From positions 65,844,001 to 65,908,000 of the forward strand of contig OZ287749.1 in NCBI GenBank assembly GCA_965649765.1: DNA of 64,000 nt, read 5' to 3'. Of this stretch, positions 1 through 11,130 are shown one piece after another (position 1 is the stretch's first letter; each line of letters starts with the position of its first letter). This DNA is from Bispira polyomma. Lineage: Eukaryota. Made by a program: the position numbers and the translations under genes. The notes beneath the pieces are model-generated. The model saw nothing but the letters and a program-made list of their open reading frames with translations, was not told where the DNA came from and made no database searches.

Positions 1-605
1 TTAAAATTCTGTTGGGGCCTGGGTGATACAAATTGCCCAACTTATTTTAATTCACAGTTCAAGTATCTAAACTTTATTTTATATTATATTTATGAAACTT
101 AATGGTCAATAAGGCTTCACAATCGACTTGTTTTATCCAATTATACCATTAAGCCACAGCTTATTTTTGGGGAGAATTTTTTTTCTTTTTTAAGCTACAG
201 CTGATTTGTTAGATGTTTGGTATAATTTAATGGCTAACATTGGTTTGTTTGGTGTTAAATTATATATTTGTATGTAGAAATATTTAATTTGTGGAGCTTG
301 ACTTAAATTTTTATATCTCATGGCTAACATTGGTTTGTTTGGTGTTAAATTATATATTTGGATGAAGAAGTATCAATAATAAATTTGTAGTGTTTGACTC
401 AAATTTTCATATTTTATGTTATTATATTCTGTTGTTTGATAAATGTAAAAATACAACAGTATATATTTATTATATTTAAATTACTGTATTTGTCACTATA
501 ATAATAAATATCTATCGGATGCACGGAAGATACCCCGGGACCCCACTTTTTATGAGAGGTGGGGTCCCAAAAACCCCACTTTAAAAAATCCTAGCGCCAA
601 CCCTG
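1..605. mobile_element. Right end of a probable hAT-type DNA element (terminus ...CTAGCGCCAACCCTG), with a 90-bp internal tandem duplication at ~231-400
   Basis: Terminus reads CAGGGTTGGCGCTAG on the minus strand, preceded by GC-rich repeated accccacttt motifs; other end not in window so no TSD check. Confidence 0.4.
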
Positions 606-845
606 ATGTATATAGTTACAAAACACATTGTGTAGTTTATATGTAAATAATTATGTACTTACAATCAAACCCCTCAATGGACAAGAAAAAAATATCTCTA
701 CTTAACCAGAATTTCTAGTTAACATGGTACATTTAAAAATAAATGCCTTTGTGGGACTTATAAGATATTCCTCCATATCAAAGGTAAATTGACTTAACAG
801 AGTTCTAGTTAAAGGGAGTTTGACTGCGTATGTATGTACTTGTAC

Positions 846-932
846 CTGATAACAATAATATGTGAATACCCTGGATGTTTCTCCACCTCATCTCTGAACT
901 CTCCCGGAACTCGAGCAGTGTTAAACAGGTAC
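846..932 (-). CDS. CPT1: CPT1-like exon 7 (YLFNTARVPGE...SHIIVIR)
   Basis: atccag acceptor, GTACAA donor, FNT.R.PG and HI.V motifs. Confidence 0.88.
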
Positions 933-3900
933 CTGGATTTATATAGTACAAGGCAGAGAAGTAAATAGTAGTAAAAGCATGAAACACTGAAAATACAATA
1001 TGCCATCAAGCCTAAAGGGCTTTACAGAACACCCACGACACAACACGGCACGTTTTTTGAGACTTCTCCAATGCCAATTGCAGTGTTGTGCACGGACAAG
1101 TCTAAATAATCAGCCGATATTTTCTTGTTTTCATTTTTTATGTAGTTTTGTGTTGTGTCGTGGGCGGTTTGTAAAGCCCTATATAATCATAATCCCTGGG
1201 ACACAGCAGGCTCATTTTGGAATACAGAGTTAGTTCTATGCCAGCTTGAGATTCATTCATAGGTGACTAGGGTGAAAACAATAAACCATCGCCCATATAT
1301 AGGCTTTAGGGGTAAATATACTGTCATCATGAGACTGAAACACATAGGACTCTTCAGATGTTTATATTTTCGTCTTGAGTTTCAATGAGAGTAAAATCTC
1401 AAGGAATATTGAATGTGTTTGGAGGAGCAGGGATTTTGTTAAGAGAATAGAAGGTCAAGAGGCATTTCAGTACAAAACAACAAATGTGGCTTGAAAATAA
1501 TTTTTTCAGTTAGTAAACAGGCGATACAGAGAAATATGGTTCAACAAAAAACCAATACATCTGAACAATGAGTCGTTCCTTTTCTTAAGTATAATGCTAT
1601 TTATGACCCCTAGTGTATTGATGAAATGACTCAGAGCCCTCGTGTGCACTATCTGTCACCTATGTAGTGGCCATGTTACCTTTTCCACAAAACAACGGAA
1701 AAACCATACATTTAGAAGAGTAAAAGTAAGTACTTAGATTGAATATTCAGACACTTAGCCTACATTTTCATGTACGCGATTTGTGATGCACAATTAGCGA
1801 TTGCGAAGTCTTCCATATTTATAAAATTAATGATTTCTAATCGTTCTAATGTGTGCTACTGTGATTAGCGACATCCAATGTACGTTGTCTGAATCCGGTT
1901 TTTTTACTCACAGTGATTTTCTAAATATAGCATCCTTGCATAGTTTATATCAAAACAATAGCATCAAATTTCGCGATCACAAATCGTCATTTGCCGCAAA
2001 TCGCGTACATGAGAACGTAGGCTTAAGAGGTGCAGAAAATAGAGATTCCAATAAAATAAATGAGGGTTCACTTACTTGTAACCACCCATACACAGGGGGA
2101 CAGTATCAAGGACCATCACTGGAGGAATTCCTTCGGTTTCAACTAACCTATGAAATCTGTGAAAAACAAGTGTACTGAACTTAATGATAAAAAACAACAA
2201 CCCCAAACTAATTATTTACAGTTCAGTCACTTCAGTTATAAAAGCTGGGGCAATTAAGTCACAAGATGTCTCAATCTTAACTTACTCTACAGCTTTAAAA
2301 GTTTCATTTAAACTATTTAAGATGGTCTTGTGTTACAGTTAACACTAAGATAGGATCTTATGTTAATGTTGCCAGGACCGAAACAAAAATTTTAGCTTTC
2401 TTGGTCAAAAGGTTCGACTGATACGGTAACCTCAGCTTTAAAACTACGACTAAGCTAATACCAGCCCTGTATTGTTTTTGTATATACACAACCATATTTT
2501 AACGGCTCCAGTTAACAACTACAGCTGTAGGCATAAGAAAATAATTTATTAACATCAATCTTTTTTTTTACTCTCATCTATAGAATTACAATTTAAAATT
2601 TAAACTTGAGAAGCTTCACTATAAAATTCCAGGGCTAGAATTGATTTTGTCCCAAGTCTAGATTTGTCCCTATTAAGGCTGCGACGATTAACGCTAGCAT
2701 CGATGCATTAATCGAGTGAGGCAAAAAAAGCGATACATTAAGCCGGGCTTTGCGACTCGATCATTTATCTAGTACTGCCTATTGGCCAAATTTTAGTATG
2801 CACCCAAAAGCACATTGTCGCCTAGAACAAATATAAGTAATAGATACGTGAAAATGGAAGTTTATGTTCGTTTTACACCTAAATTTGAAGGTATATTGTG
2901 GGATAACATAAACAACAGTAGATTCTAGGTATGTATCAGCACTTTATTTGGTAAAAATGAAGTTTTCGATGCGTCGAATGAAGCATCGAGTCCGTGTGGG
3001 CGATAATCGATGCACTTTACACCCTTCGACTCGCAGTCTTAGTCCCTATTATTAAATAAGAAGGGCACACAGTAGAGCGCATACTTCACCAAGGTGTCTC
3101 CACACTGCCAAAATCTTCCAAAAAAAAACAACAAAACATTCGCGGATTCACTCCTTCTACCAAGATCCACTCCGAAATTTTAATGGATTCTTCCCTGGTC
3201 CATGCCCTAACAGATCTCTCCAACACATTTCATGCAAATTGGTTTAGTACTTTTAGTTTACAGGTGACAAGTAAACAAACATTCTGGGTGAAGATATTTA
3301 TACCCTACTATATGGGTTAACTTTAAAACAAAAGGTATATTTAGTCTTCCCACTCCCCCCCCCCCCTCCCCCCCCCCCCCCAGACCCTTGTAGGAGGTTT
3401 GTACTCTGGTATTCTTGGTGGTTATTGATTAATATATTAAAATAACTTTACTTGGTAATCATAGTGGTAACCACAGCAGCTCTGGCCAGAGGATCTGTCG
3501 TCTTATACTCGGGTACTACTAACTGTCCAGATATATTGCTGTTCACTGTAACAATAAAAAACTCAATCAATTGGGATAAATTCTAGAATTCAAGGAATTT
3601 TAAGAAACAAAAACTTTCTATGAAACATATTAAAATCAATCTGTCAAGCTACCTATGCTCAATAAAATTTTAAATACTTTTGTTACACAGTTATGTAGTT
3701 GTATGTTCAGATGTAAAACATTTTACACTGTGCATAAAACTACTGTTAACAGTGGATGTAAAGGGTAAATAAAGTGAGAAATATGCAATGCAATAAGAAA
3801 TTTAAAATGTTCTAGAATTCTCAGGATGCGGCCAATTTTAAACTAGTTCTAAAAATAAAAGATAAAATATTGTGGCACATTAAATATCACAGAATTAGTG

Positions 3901-6900
3901 GTGGTATCATTCTTAAAAAGGCACTGCCATTTTAGAAATAATATGTAAGGCCTTCATGGATTGGTTGGAAGTAGTAATGGGAGTCGTTGGTGTTCTTCGA
4001 ATCGATTATTCGCCGAGATTTGTAAACGATTATCGAACAAAAATCGAATCGGAATTTCGTATACCTCGAGTACAAAGTGCTAATTGTTTTACAAAGTATT
4101 TACTAATTTAAACCAAGGAAATGATTGGAAGTATACAATAACACTTCATATTGATGTTATATTTACCTGTTATAATCATATAAATCCACAATAAAACTTT
4201 GAATGAAATCCAGGTAGTTTTTTTCTTGACAGGAAGTGGCCATTTTATTTCCTGTGTCCCAGGTATCTTTGCAGGGAGCAGGCATTATTCCAGGTGCAAA
4301 TAGGAGTCAGAAAAACAAGAGTTGGCATAAGCTATGAAAATTTTAATTGCAAACTACACACAACCAAATGTAATTAGTAATCTTTAGAAATTATGCTTTA
4401 TTGGAACCTTACACTAATTGGCTAAACAGTAAAAACAGCTTAAGTATCTTAACAGAAAACTGAGTTTATCAGTCAGAATTGAATGGCAAGTTCCAGTGTA
4501 CAGTGTAGTAAAACACGATTAGTCTGTTGTCTGTCAATCAGTCTCAGGAATCAATTTCTTAAATATACAACACTTGACTAAAGATTGAAAAACTGAATTC
4601 ATTATAAGTTTGTGATGATCATTTGATAAACTTATTTCATATTTTTATTTAAAAAGACCAGCAAGTCCACATTTTCTGCTTTAAGCTGACACCTCTTCTT
4701 AGACACCAAATTTCCTGCCAAGCTAAAAATTCGTTCTGAGCTGGTACTGCTAGCAGGAATGGCTAAATATTTCTTTGCCAATGGTGACAAATGAGGATAA
4801 CTTGCTGATCTTTTCGACCACCAATCCATGGCATTATCTTTTCCATCTATCTGGGGTTCACGTAGGTATCTCTGAATTTCATTTTCAACTATTTCATTTT
4901 TTGATGGAGCCTCTTCAGTTGCAATCCAAAGGATATCATCAAGAAAATTATCAGAGTGTTGGCGTTTCTTGGGAGGTGAGGGGTGGTTGTCAGATCCAGC
5001 AGGTGTTTCTACTTTAACATTTGGCATATCCGGCAATGCAGGCAGGCTCGGAAGATTAGACGCTCCAGGCAGGCTAAGAAGTGGTGGCAAGCTTGCTCCA
5101 GCCTGAGTTTCATCTTGAGGCTCTGGCTTGACATTTACAGTCATTGAGAGATTTCAGGTCATTGATAGTTTTTTCTTTGGTAGCCCCACTAACAAAATTC
5201 AGGAGCTTGGTTCTTGGGTCAAGTAATGAAGCAAGGAGGTAAGTGGATTGAGATTCAGTACTACATGCTCTTTTCTTAAGGTTCTTACTCATGGCCTTAT
5301 TCACCTTGGTTATTGTGCCACTATCATCAGGAGAAGTTTCAAGCAAATTATTGAGTTTGTATAGAATAGGCAGAACTTTGGAACAAGTGGGCTCGCTTTC
5401 TGAAGATAAGATAACAGTAGCCGTTTTGAATGGTTCCAAAATCTTGATCAGGGACTCAACTGTGATCTGTTCCTCAAAGCTATACAATTTTGACTTCAAA
5501 TCATTGCCCTTTGAAAGGATGGGATCCATAACAGCTGCATGAACTGCAGGAATTTGCTCAGAGAGCCTCTTAAGCATATCTAAGCTGCTGTTCCAGCGGG
5601 TTGAGACATCTTGTATCAAACGATGACCTTGTAAGGCTTTGTCTAAAAGAACTTCTTGTTTTTTAAGCAAGATGTCAGTAGCCAAGGGGCTTCTATGAAA
5701 ATAAGTGACCAAGCTTCTTCCTTTGCCTAAGAGCCTATCAACAGAATCTACATTAGTTCCAGCTTTGACCGCTAAATTTATGTCATGACAGATGCACTCC
5801 AATCTTGGCCAATCCAATATGTCGGCTGCTTTGACTTCATTGGCAGCGTTATCTGTGACTATAATTGGTTTGGGTGGTAGCTTCCAATTTGAGTAAGCAT
5901 GCCTAAGACTTTCTGCAATATTTTCAGACGTGTGTTGACCCTCAAAAATAAGAGTCTCAAGTACCTTGCATTTCAAATCCCAATTTTCATTAATGAAATG
6001 GCAAGTAACAGTACCAAAACTTTGTGTAGCAAGTGAAGTCCATAAGTCATGAGTAAGTGAGATGTGGCCGAGTTTATTGATATCATTTGCTATTGATGTC
6101 ACAAGACCGTGTTTCATTTTTGGTAAGACTGAATCTGACAGAGTTCTACGTGATGGACACTGGTATCTTGGCTCTAAAACTTCAATCATATTTCTAAAAG
6201 CCTTTGATTCAATGGTACTCAGTGGTCTGAGATCTGCAACAATATAAGTTGCAATGGCATCTGTTATTTTGGAGACCTGGGGACCAGACTTCCACTTCAC
6301 AGTTGATTTGAAAACTTCAGTTATTTTAATTTTACTGGCATTACTACAGGTGTCCACAGTGTTAGTAGGGGCTAACTTATGAATTCTCTCAATATGCTGA
6401 GCAAGGTTAGTTGTATTCCCTTAAAAAATAAAAAAAAAATAAAACGTAATCAAAATCATACTACAAACATATCTGTTGTACACAAATCAATAAAAAGTAT
6501 TAAAAATTCACCTAAAGTATTTTTACAACCTACACTTTCAAAATTTGTTTGGATTTACTCTATAAACAATCACATGGCCGGGTGATAAAATAAGATTTGA
6601 CCAAAGTATAAAATATTTTGAAGTCCTACCTTTGTATGCATACTCTGCCTTGCATATTTTGCACACTGCTTTTGACTTATCAATTCCATCATCCGTTGAG
6701 TAAAACCCAAATGTTTTCCAAACTTCAGATTTGGCTTTACCAGGAAAGTTTACAATTCTTTTATTAATATTTGCCGCCATTTTATCACAAAAAAAAAATT
6801 GTCGAATGAAACCGAAAAACTTTATTCTCCCTTGATTTTGTGACCCTCACCTTTGCAGTAGACATGCAAAACAATGGAAGTGCTGTACGTCAGTTATAAA

Positions 6901-9681
6901 CTTGTAAATGATATAAATTATGGCTGAAAAGGATAAAACATATACTTTTTGGCGAGTTATATATATTTGTAGTAAATTTCGATTTATCGATGAATGACGT
7001 TGTGTAATCGATGTTTGGTAATACAAGCCATCTCGACCGACGCATCGATGTTTGCCGACAATCGTTCCACCACTAGTTGGAAGCAATTAACCCGTCCAAA
7101 CTGAGGGGTGTCAGATTAATATTTGTAAGGGTGCCAAGTGGACCTATAGTATATAGTGGCCATATCAACGGTAGTGTATTTCACACTATGTGCCTGTATC
7201 TTTCTTAAAAGACAGCTCTTGATCAGACATTTCCAATAATCATGTACCTTAAACACCTCCCCACTCACCAGCTAGGGGTTGTCTACCATTTAAGTAAACT
7301 CCATTCAGCCAATAGTCATTAAGCCAACTGTCTCCAGTCTCTGCTCTATAAAAATACAGCATATTCTTAGATCATACTAATAAAAGGTCTACCATATATG
7401 AAATATACATTAAACATCATATGCTGATTAGAGTCATAGTTATTAAACCAATATACATGTAGAATATTATACCTATATATATATATATATATATATACTC
7501 AAGTCTACATATGGACCAGAAAATCATAATACAATATTTAGTATTTATGAAATTTAAGACCTTAACACAATTAATATAGTTAACAGCATGACAAAAAAAA
7601 AATTAACTGTATGTTATATACTGATACTCGACCTCGTACTGACAATATTAAAACATTTAGAATTATAGTGATAAATATTGCAAGAGCAATACATGATCCT
7701 AACACTAGAACTACTAGTACAAAAATTATTTAAATTAATTAATTAAACTTGATGCAGTTGTCAAATATTATACTCAGATTACCACAAGAACAAATATACA
7801 CATAATAATGAAAATTTACTTTTTCAATAGATATTGCTGTAACACTGGTCCTTCGTTTTTTCTAAATTCCTCGACATATTTTTCTGTTACTTTGTAATCT
7901 TCATCTTTCAGCAAAGGTTTTGCAACTTGTAACCATCTGCAAATTGGTCGTCCATATAAAAAAAACATACAAATGGGTTGAAATGGTACATGTACAATTT
8001 ATGTCACTGATGTCAATGTTTCAATGTTACACCACTTCCAATCTTACACTAGCTGTTACTCAGTCAGAAGTACATGAAATCTTAAGTCAAAACATTCTCT
8101 ATTTTGATTACTGTTTGTTATTGTCCCATACTGGCTATATATACATTATATCAGAAAACCATTCTATATAGTTTTTATATATCACATAATCACAACCAAC
8201 ATTACTAAGAGATTTCTGTATACAATGTTTTATGGCAAAGCAGCATATTTTTTTAGTTTTTCTAAGTCTGCATATTCTCAGTTAAAAAGGCTTAAAATTT
8301 TAACACATACAGTCTGATTGGATTCTCCACTAGAACTCAAGTTTGGCAGAGCCCATAGTTTCTACCTTCATCAAATTGCACAGTGCCAAAAGGTGAAAAC
8401 AAAAATCATGGACTCTTCCTTCTACCCGGGGCCAGTATTTGCAAAAGGGCTTAGTCTAGAAATTGTTCTAAATCTATTTAATCTAACACAAAAGTATACT
8501 AGATCGGAGACAAAATCATGGCTTAGCCCTTTTATGAATACCGCCCCAGATTAGCTCCAAAACTTAATGTATTTTGCCTTGACCCATGTCCATCTCTCCT
8601 ACCAAGTTTTATGTAAATTAGTTCAGTATTTTTTGTGTAAGTCTGGTGACAAAGTGAGACAAACTAACCAACTGACATGGGCACAAAACATAACCTCTTT
8701 GATTAGTTCATAATACGATGGAAAATTGGACTGAGTAACAGATCCTTGTGAAAAATATATATGCTGTGTCTGTTGTATAAAGATTATAAATTATCATAAA
8801 TTACTACAGTACTGACCTATCAAGTGAAGCATCCAGAGAAGGCACAGGTAGATTTGGAAGACACTTCTGAAACTGGTAAGTGGAGTATGGGCCAGGTCCA
8901 GTCAGAGCCTTGAGAAGCATGAACCAAGTCTGTAAACCAGTAAACACTCAAACTATAGCATAAATGTGTACGTAATTTGACCAACTAGAATTCTATGGCT
9001 CTATACTAAACAAATACAATCTAAAATCTAGATATGTTAATGTTTAAGTTTTCAAATATATACTCAGCACATTAGATATAGACATAGAGTTACATTTTTA
9101 ATATGTACGAATGATTAACAATAAATTAACATAATTCAGTTTAGTCATATTTTTCTGAATAAATGCACAGCTGGGCCTGTATTCATGATGGGGCTTAGCC
9201 AGGTCTTAGGTTCAACTCAGTATACTTTTGTGCTAGATTTAGCTAGATTTAGGCCATAGTCGTTATAATCACAAAAGGGCAAAGCTGAGAATTTTTCTTA
9301 AATCTAAGGTACAATTTTGTGTTAGATATAGAATAATATCTTTTGTAAATATGGCCCAGCAGTATTTTAAAAACTTGCCTTTGATTTCTTGGAGCCTGGT
9401 GACGTCATCCATCCTTGATACGTTAACAAACATTTCACAATTCTCCACCTTAAGAAGTTCAGTGTTTTGGTGGAGGAGTATCCCAGTAGGACAGTAAATA
9501 GTCCAGTGCATATCCACTTGGGAATGCCTAGTTCCTCCAGATAACGACCCACAACGGGCAAGTCTAGGTCCTTGATGCTTGGAAGAAGTGTTAAGGCCAC
9601 GCCAACAAGTAAGCCCGTTTTTGTAGAGGTAGCGTGCATCCAGAAATTATTGGATGGCTGATATGGATTTGGTAAAGGCAT
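846..9681 (-). CDS. CPT1: CPT1-like carnitine O-palmitoyltransferase (choline/carnitine acyltransferase family), 5' part; 7 coding exons, gene continues beyond the left edge
   Basis: Exons 9681-9379, 8929-8817, 7936-7820, 7345-7269, 3545-3452, 2156-2076, 932-846 splice in frame to ...KCLLTYQGWM...TWFMLLK...YQFQKCLPNLPVPSLDASLDRWLQVAKPLL...GPVLQQYL...WLNDYWLNGVYLNGRQPLAVNSN...ARAAVV...VPLCMGGYKYLFNTARVPGE...SHIIVIR, matching CPT1 motifs LLSYHGWM, LPRLPVP, YLRGRGPLMVNSN, PLCS.Q..MFNT.RIPG; hydrophobic N-terminal segments as in CPT1. Confidence 0.9.
1758..2022. mobile_element. PIF/Harbinger-type MITE
   Basis: TIRs gcctacattttcatgtacgcgatttg / caaatcgcgtacatgagaacgtaggc; TTA TSD at 1755-1757 and 2023-2025. 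Confidence 0.85.
2076..2156 (-). CDS. CPT1: CPT1-like exon 6 (FHRLVETEGIPP...VPLCMGGY)
   Basis: ttcacag acceptor, GTAAGT donor, PLCM motif. Confidence 0.88.
2674..3041. mobile_element. Non-autonomous hAT MITE
   Basis: TIR taaggctgcga / tcgcagtctta; perfect 8-bp TSD gtccctat (2666-2673, 3042-3049); atcga subterminal motifs. Confidence 0.9.
3058..3296 (+). mobile_element. Short interspersed repeat resembling non-autonomous Helitron/Helentron-type elements; related fragments at ~8400-8700, ~10845-10905, ~15688
   Basis: Shared blocks agaagggcac(a/t)cagtagag, ggattcactccttctacc, ctccaaaa.ttaatg, tttcatgcaaattggtt.agta among copies; family assignment is from recall only. Confidence 0.45.
3452..3545 (-). 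CDS. CPT1: CPT1-like exon 5 (VNSNISG...DPLARAAVV)
   Basis: gttacag acceptor, GTAAAG donor, completes PL-VNSN motif. Confidence 0.88.
3972..7075 (-). mobile_element. hAT DNA transposon (ZBED1/Ac-like), 3.1 kb, in CPT1-like intron 4
   Basis: Perfect 8-bp TSD gttggaag (3964-3971, 7076-7083); imperfect TIRs tagtaatggga.. / ..ttccaccacta; subterminal tcga repeats; transposase inside. Confidence 0.93.
4632..6780 (-). pseudogene. hAT transposase (BED zinc finger, DDE, C-terminal dimerization domain), one intron (6629-6420), one frameshift at ~5145
   Basis: Exon 1 6780-6630 (VW..F, CKIC) joins exon 2 at 6419 (NTTNLAQHIERIH); LTHDLWTS, TDNAAN, CICH, TRWNS, LDPR, WW..S..YP.L, SSERIFS motifs; ORFs 5110..6357 and 4632..5144 overlap out of frame. 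Confidence 0.9.
7269..7345 (-). CDS. CPT1: CPT1-like exon 4 (SWLNDYWLNGVYLNGRQPL)
   Basis: tttatag acceptor, GTGAGT donor, WL.DWW...YL..R.PL motif. Confidence 0.9.
7820..7936 (-). CDS. CPT1: CPT1-like exon 3 (WLQVAKPLL...GPVLQQYLLK)
   Basis: tttgcag acceptor, GTAAAT donor, phase matches neighbours. Confidence 0.88.
8429..8546. mobile_element. Short MITE, Harbinger-like with CWG-type TSD
   Basis: TIRs gggccagtatttgcaaaagggcttag / cttagcccttttatgaataccgccc; flanks ccg / cag. Confidence 0.7.
8817..8929 (-). CDS. CPT1: CPT1-like exon 2 (TWFMLLK...LPNLPVPSLD)
   Basis: tttacag acceptor, GTCAG donor, LPxLPVP family motif. Confidence 0.9.
9174..9356. mobile_element. MITE of the same family as 8429-8546, opposite orientation
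   Basis: Ends ggcctgtattcatga / ttttgtaaatatggcc; flanks ctg / cag; internal agtatacttttgtgctagatt is the reverse complement of the 8429 copy core. Confidence 0.7.
9379..9681 (-). CDS. CPT1: CPT1-like exon 1 (two hydrophobic segments, LLTYQGWM); GC donor
   Basis: ORF 9367..9681; in-frame TGA 9 codons upstream of ATG; ends AAG|GCAAGT. Confidence 0.8.
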
Positions 9682-9837
9682 ATTACCCGGCCAGTCTGCT
9701 GTGAATCAGACACTGAATGTATGAGCGTGGTATTTCCCAGATAAAATAGCACTAACCTTCACTAGCTACCACAGATTATATGAAACTATACCGGGTACTT
9801 CGTGATAATAATGTGGCGATAATGAGAACAAACGTAA

Positions 9838-9880
9838 AACACGTGTGTCGCTGTGGAAGTGACGTCACATGTACGTCACA
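9838..9880. promoter_or_regulatory. Putative CPT1-like proximal promoter: palindromic CRE (GTGACGTCAC), CRE half-site and E-box (CACGTG)
   Basis: aacacgtgtg at ~9840 and gtgacgtcacatgtacgtcac at 9859-9879, CpG-rich patch ~170-200 bp upstream of the ATG. Confidence 0.4.
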
Positions 9881-11130
9881 GAACAGAGTCCTTAACTCCA
9901 CGACGCAATGTATCTGCATATATCTGTAGTCCTTTCTGACATTGCAGCTGAAATCAAAATAGCTAAAGTAGATTTAAGCAACTTTATACACAAATCAGAT
10001 GATAACAGTGGTCTGTACTTAACAGGTTTACTGGGATTAAGATAATTTAAGTGTGGCCATTTGTCAATATACCAAAAGGAAACTATGGCTGTTTAATATT
10101 ATTAAGAGCTGTCCCTCACAGCCAGCTTTGATATTTGATTGCAACCATCCCATGATGCATATGTATTGCATGTGATGTTTGCAATACAATGAAATCAATT
10201 GATAGCAGAGTGGGTTGGTGTATTATTTATCATCAGAAGATTGGACATTTGTACAGAAGAAAATTAATATAGTCATGTGATTTTCACTTTACTTTGTCTT
10301 CATAATATTGAAGACACCAAATGTCATTACTAATGTTTTACAGGTACGTAATTAAAAAAAAAAAACAAGAAACCTGACATGTTTTATAATCTTGGTACAT
10401 ATTTCAACAATCTATGACTTCTCTATAACAGCTTAATCATTTTCCCTTGGATCTGATTAATAGGTTGTAGTATTTGCACTGGACAGATTGGTAATTTCTT
10501 TGTTTTTATTCCCCATTTAACATTGTTTCACCTAAGCTGTTAAACTAACATTTCTCCACAAAGAGCTAGATCCTTAAAAATAAGTACACATGGGTCAATA
10601 TTGTACACAGTGCTAAGGATAGAAAATTAACAAAGTCATATTTTTACATGTTTTTTTTTTGGTTTGTTTTGTTTTTTAAATAGATTGTTCACAAAACCTT
10701 TTTAACACTAGCTTGTATCCTGGTTTGTGACTGGTTGAGCGGCAGAGTAGAATGCCATAATAGCTACAACATGTACATCCGGGAATTGCTTTATTTAAAT
10801 TTTGCCAAATAATTAAATTAAAAAAAAAAACACTCTAAAAAATTAGAAGGCACTCAGTAGAGGGCACACCTCTGACAAAAAAGCTGAAAAATGCCAAGAT
10901 CTGCCTTTTTTTTTTTGTTTAAAAATAACATAATGATTTATTTTGAATAATTACACTGCACCAGGCCAGATATTAAGATTTTTTTATTTATATATATTTA
11001 TTCAATGTTGTTTATTTGTCATATTTCATGTGTACTATTTCCATAATTTTCCTTGGTACAGAATACTAAATGCACTATTAAGTTTGACTACGTCATGACC
11101 TCGATTTTTTTCCCTCTGTTCTAGAGATTA

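Noticed and set aside
3915-7145. Apparent in-phase CPT1-like exon interrupted by the hAT (GPLGTLTN...SNQSMKALH)
   Set aside because: Reaches a stop without a donor and lacks family motifs; the true next exon (3545-3452, VNSN) joins exon 4 directly, so the hAT is intronic
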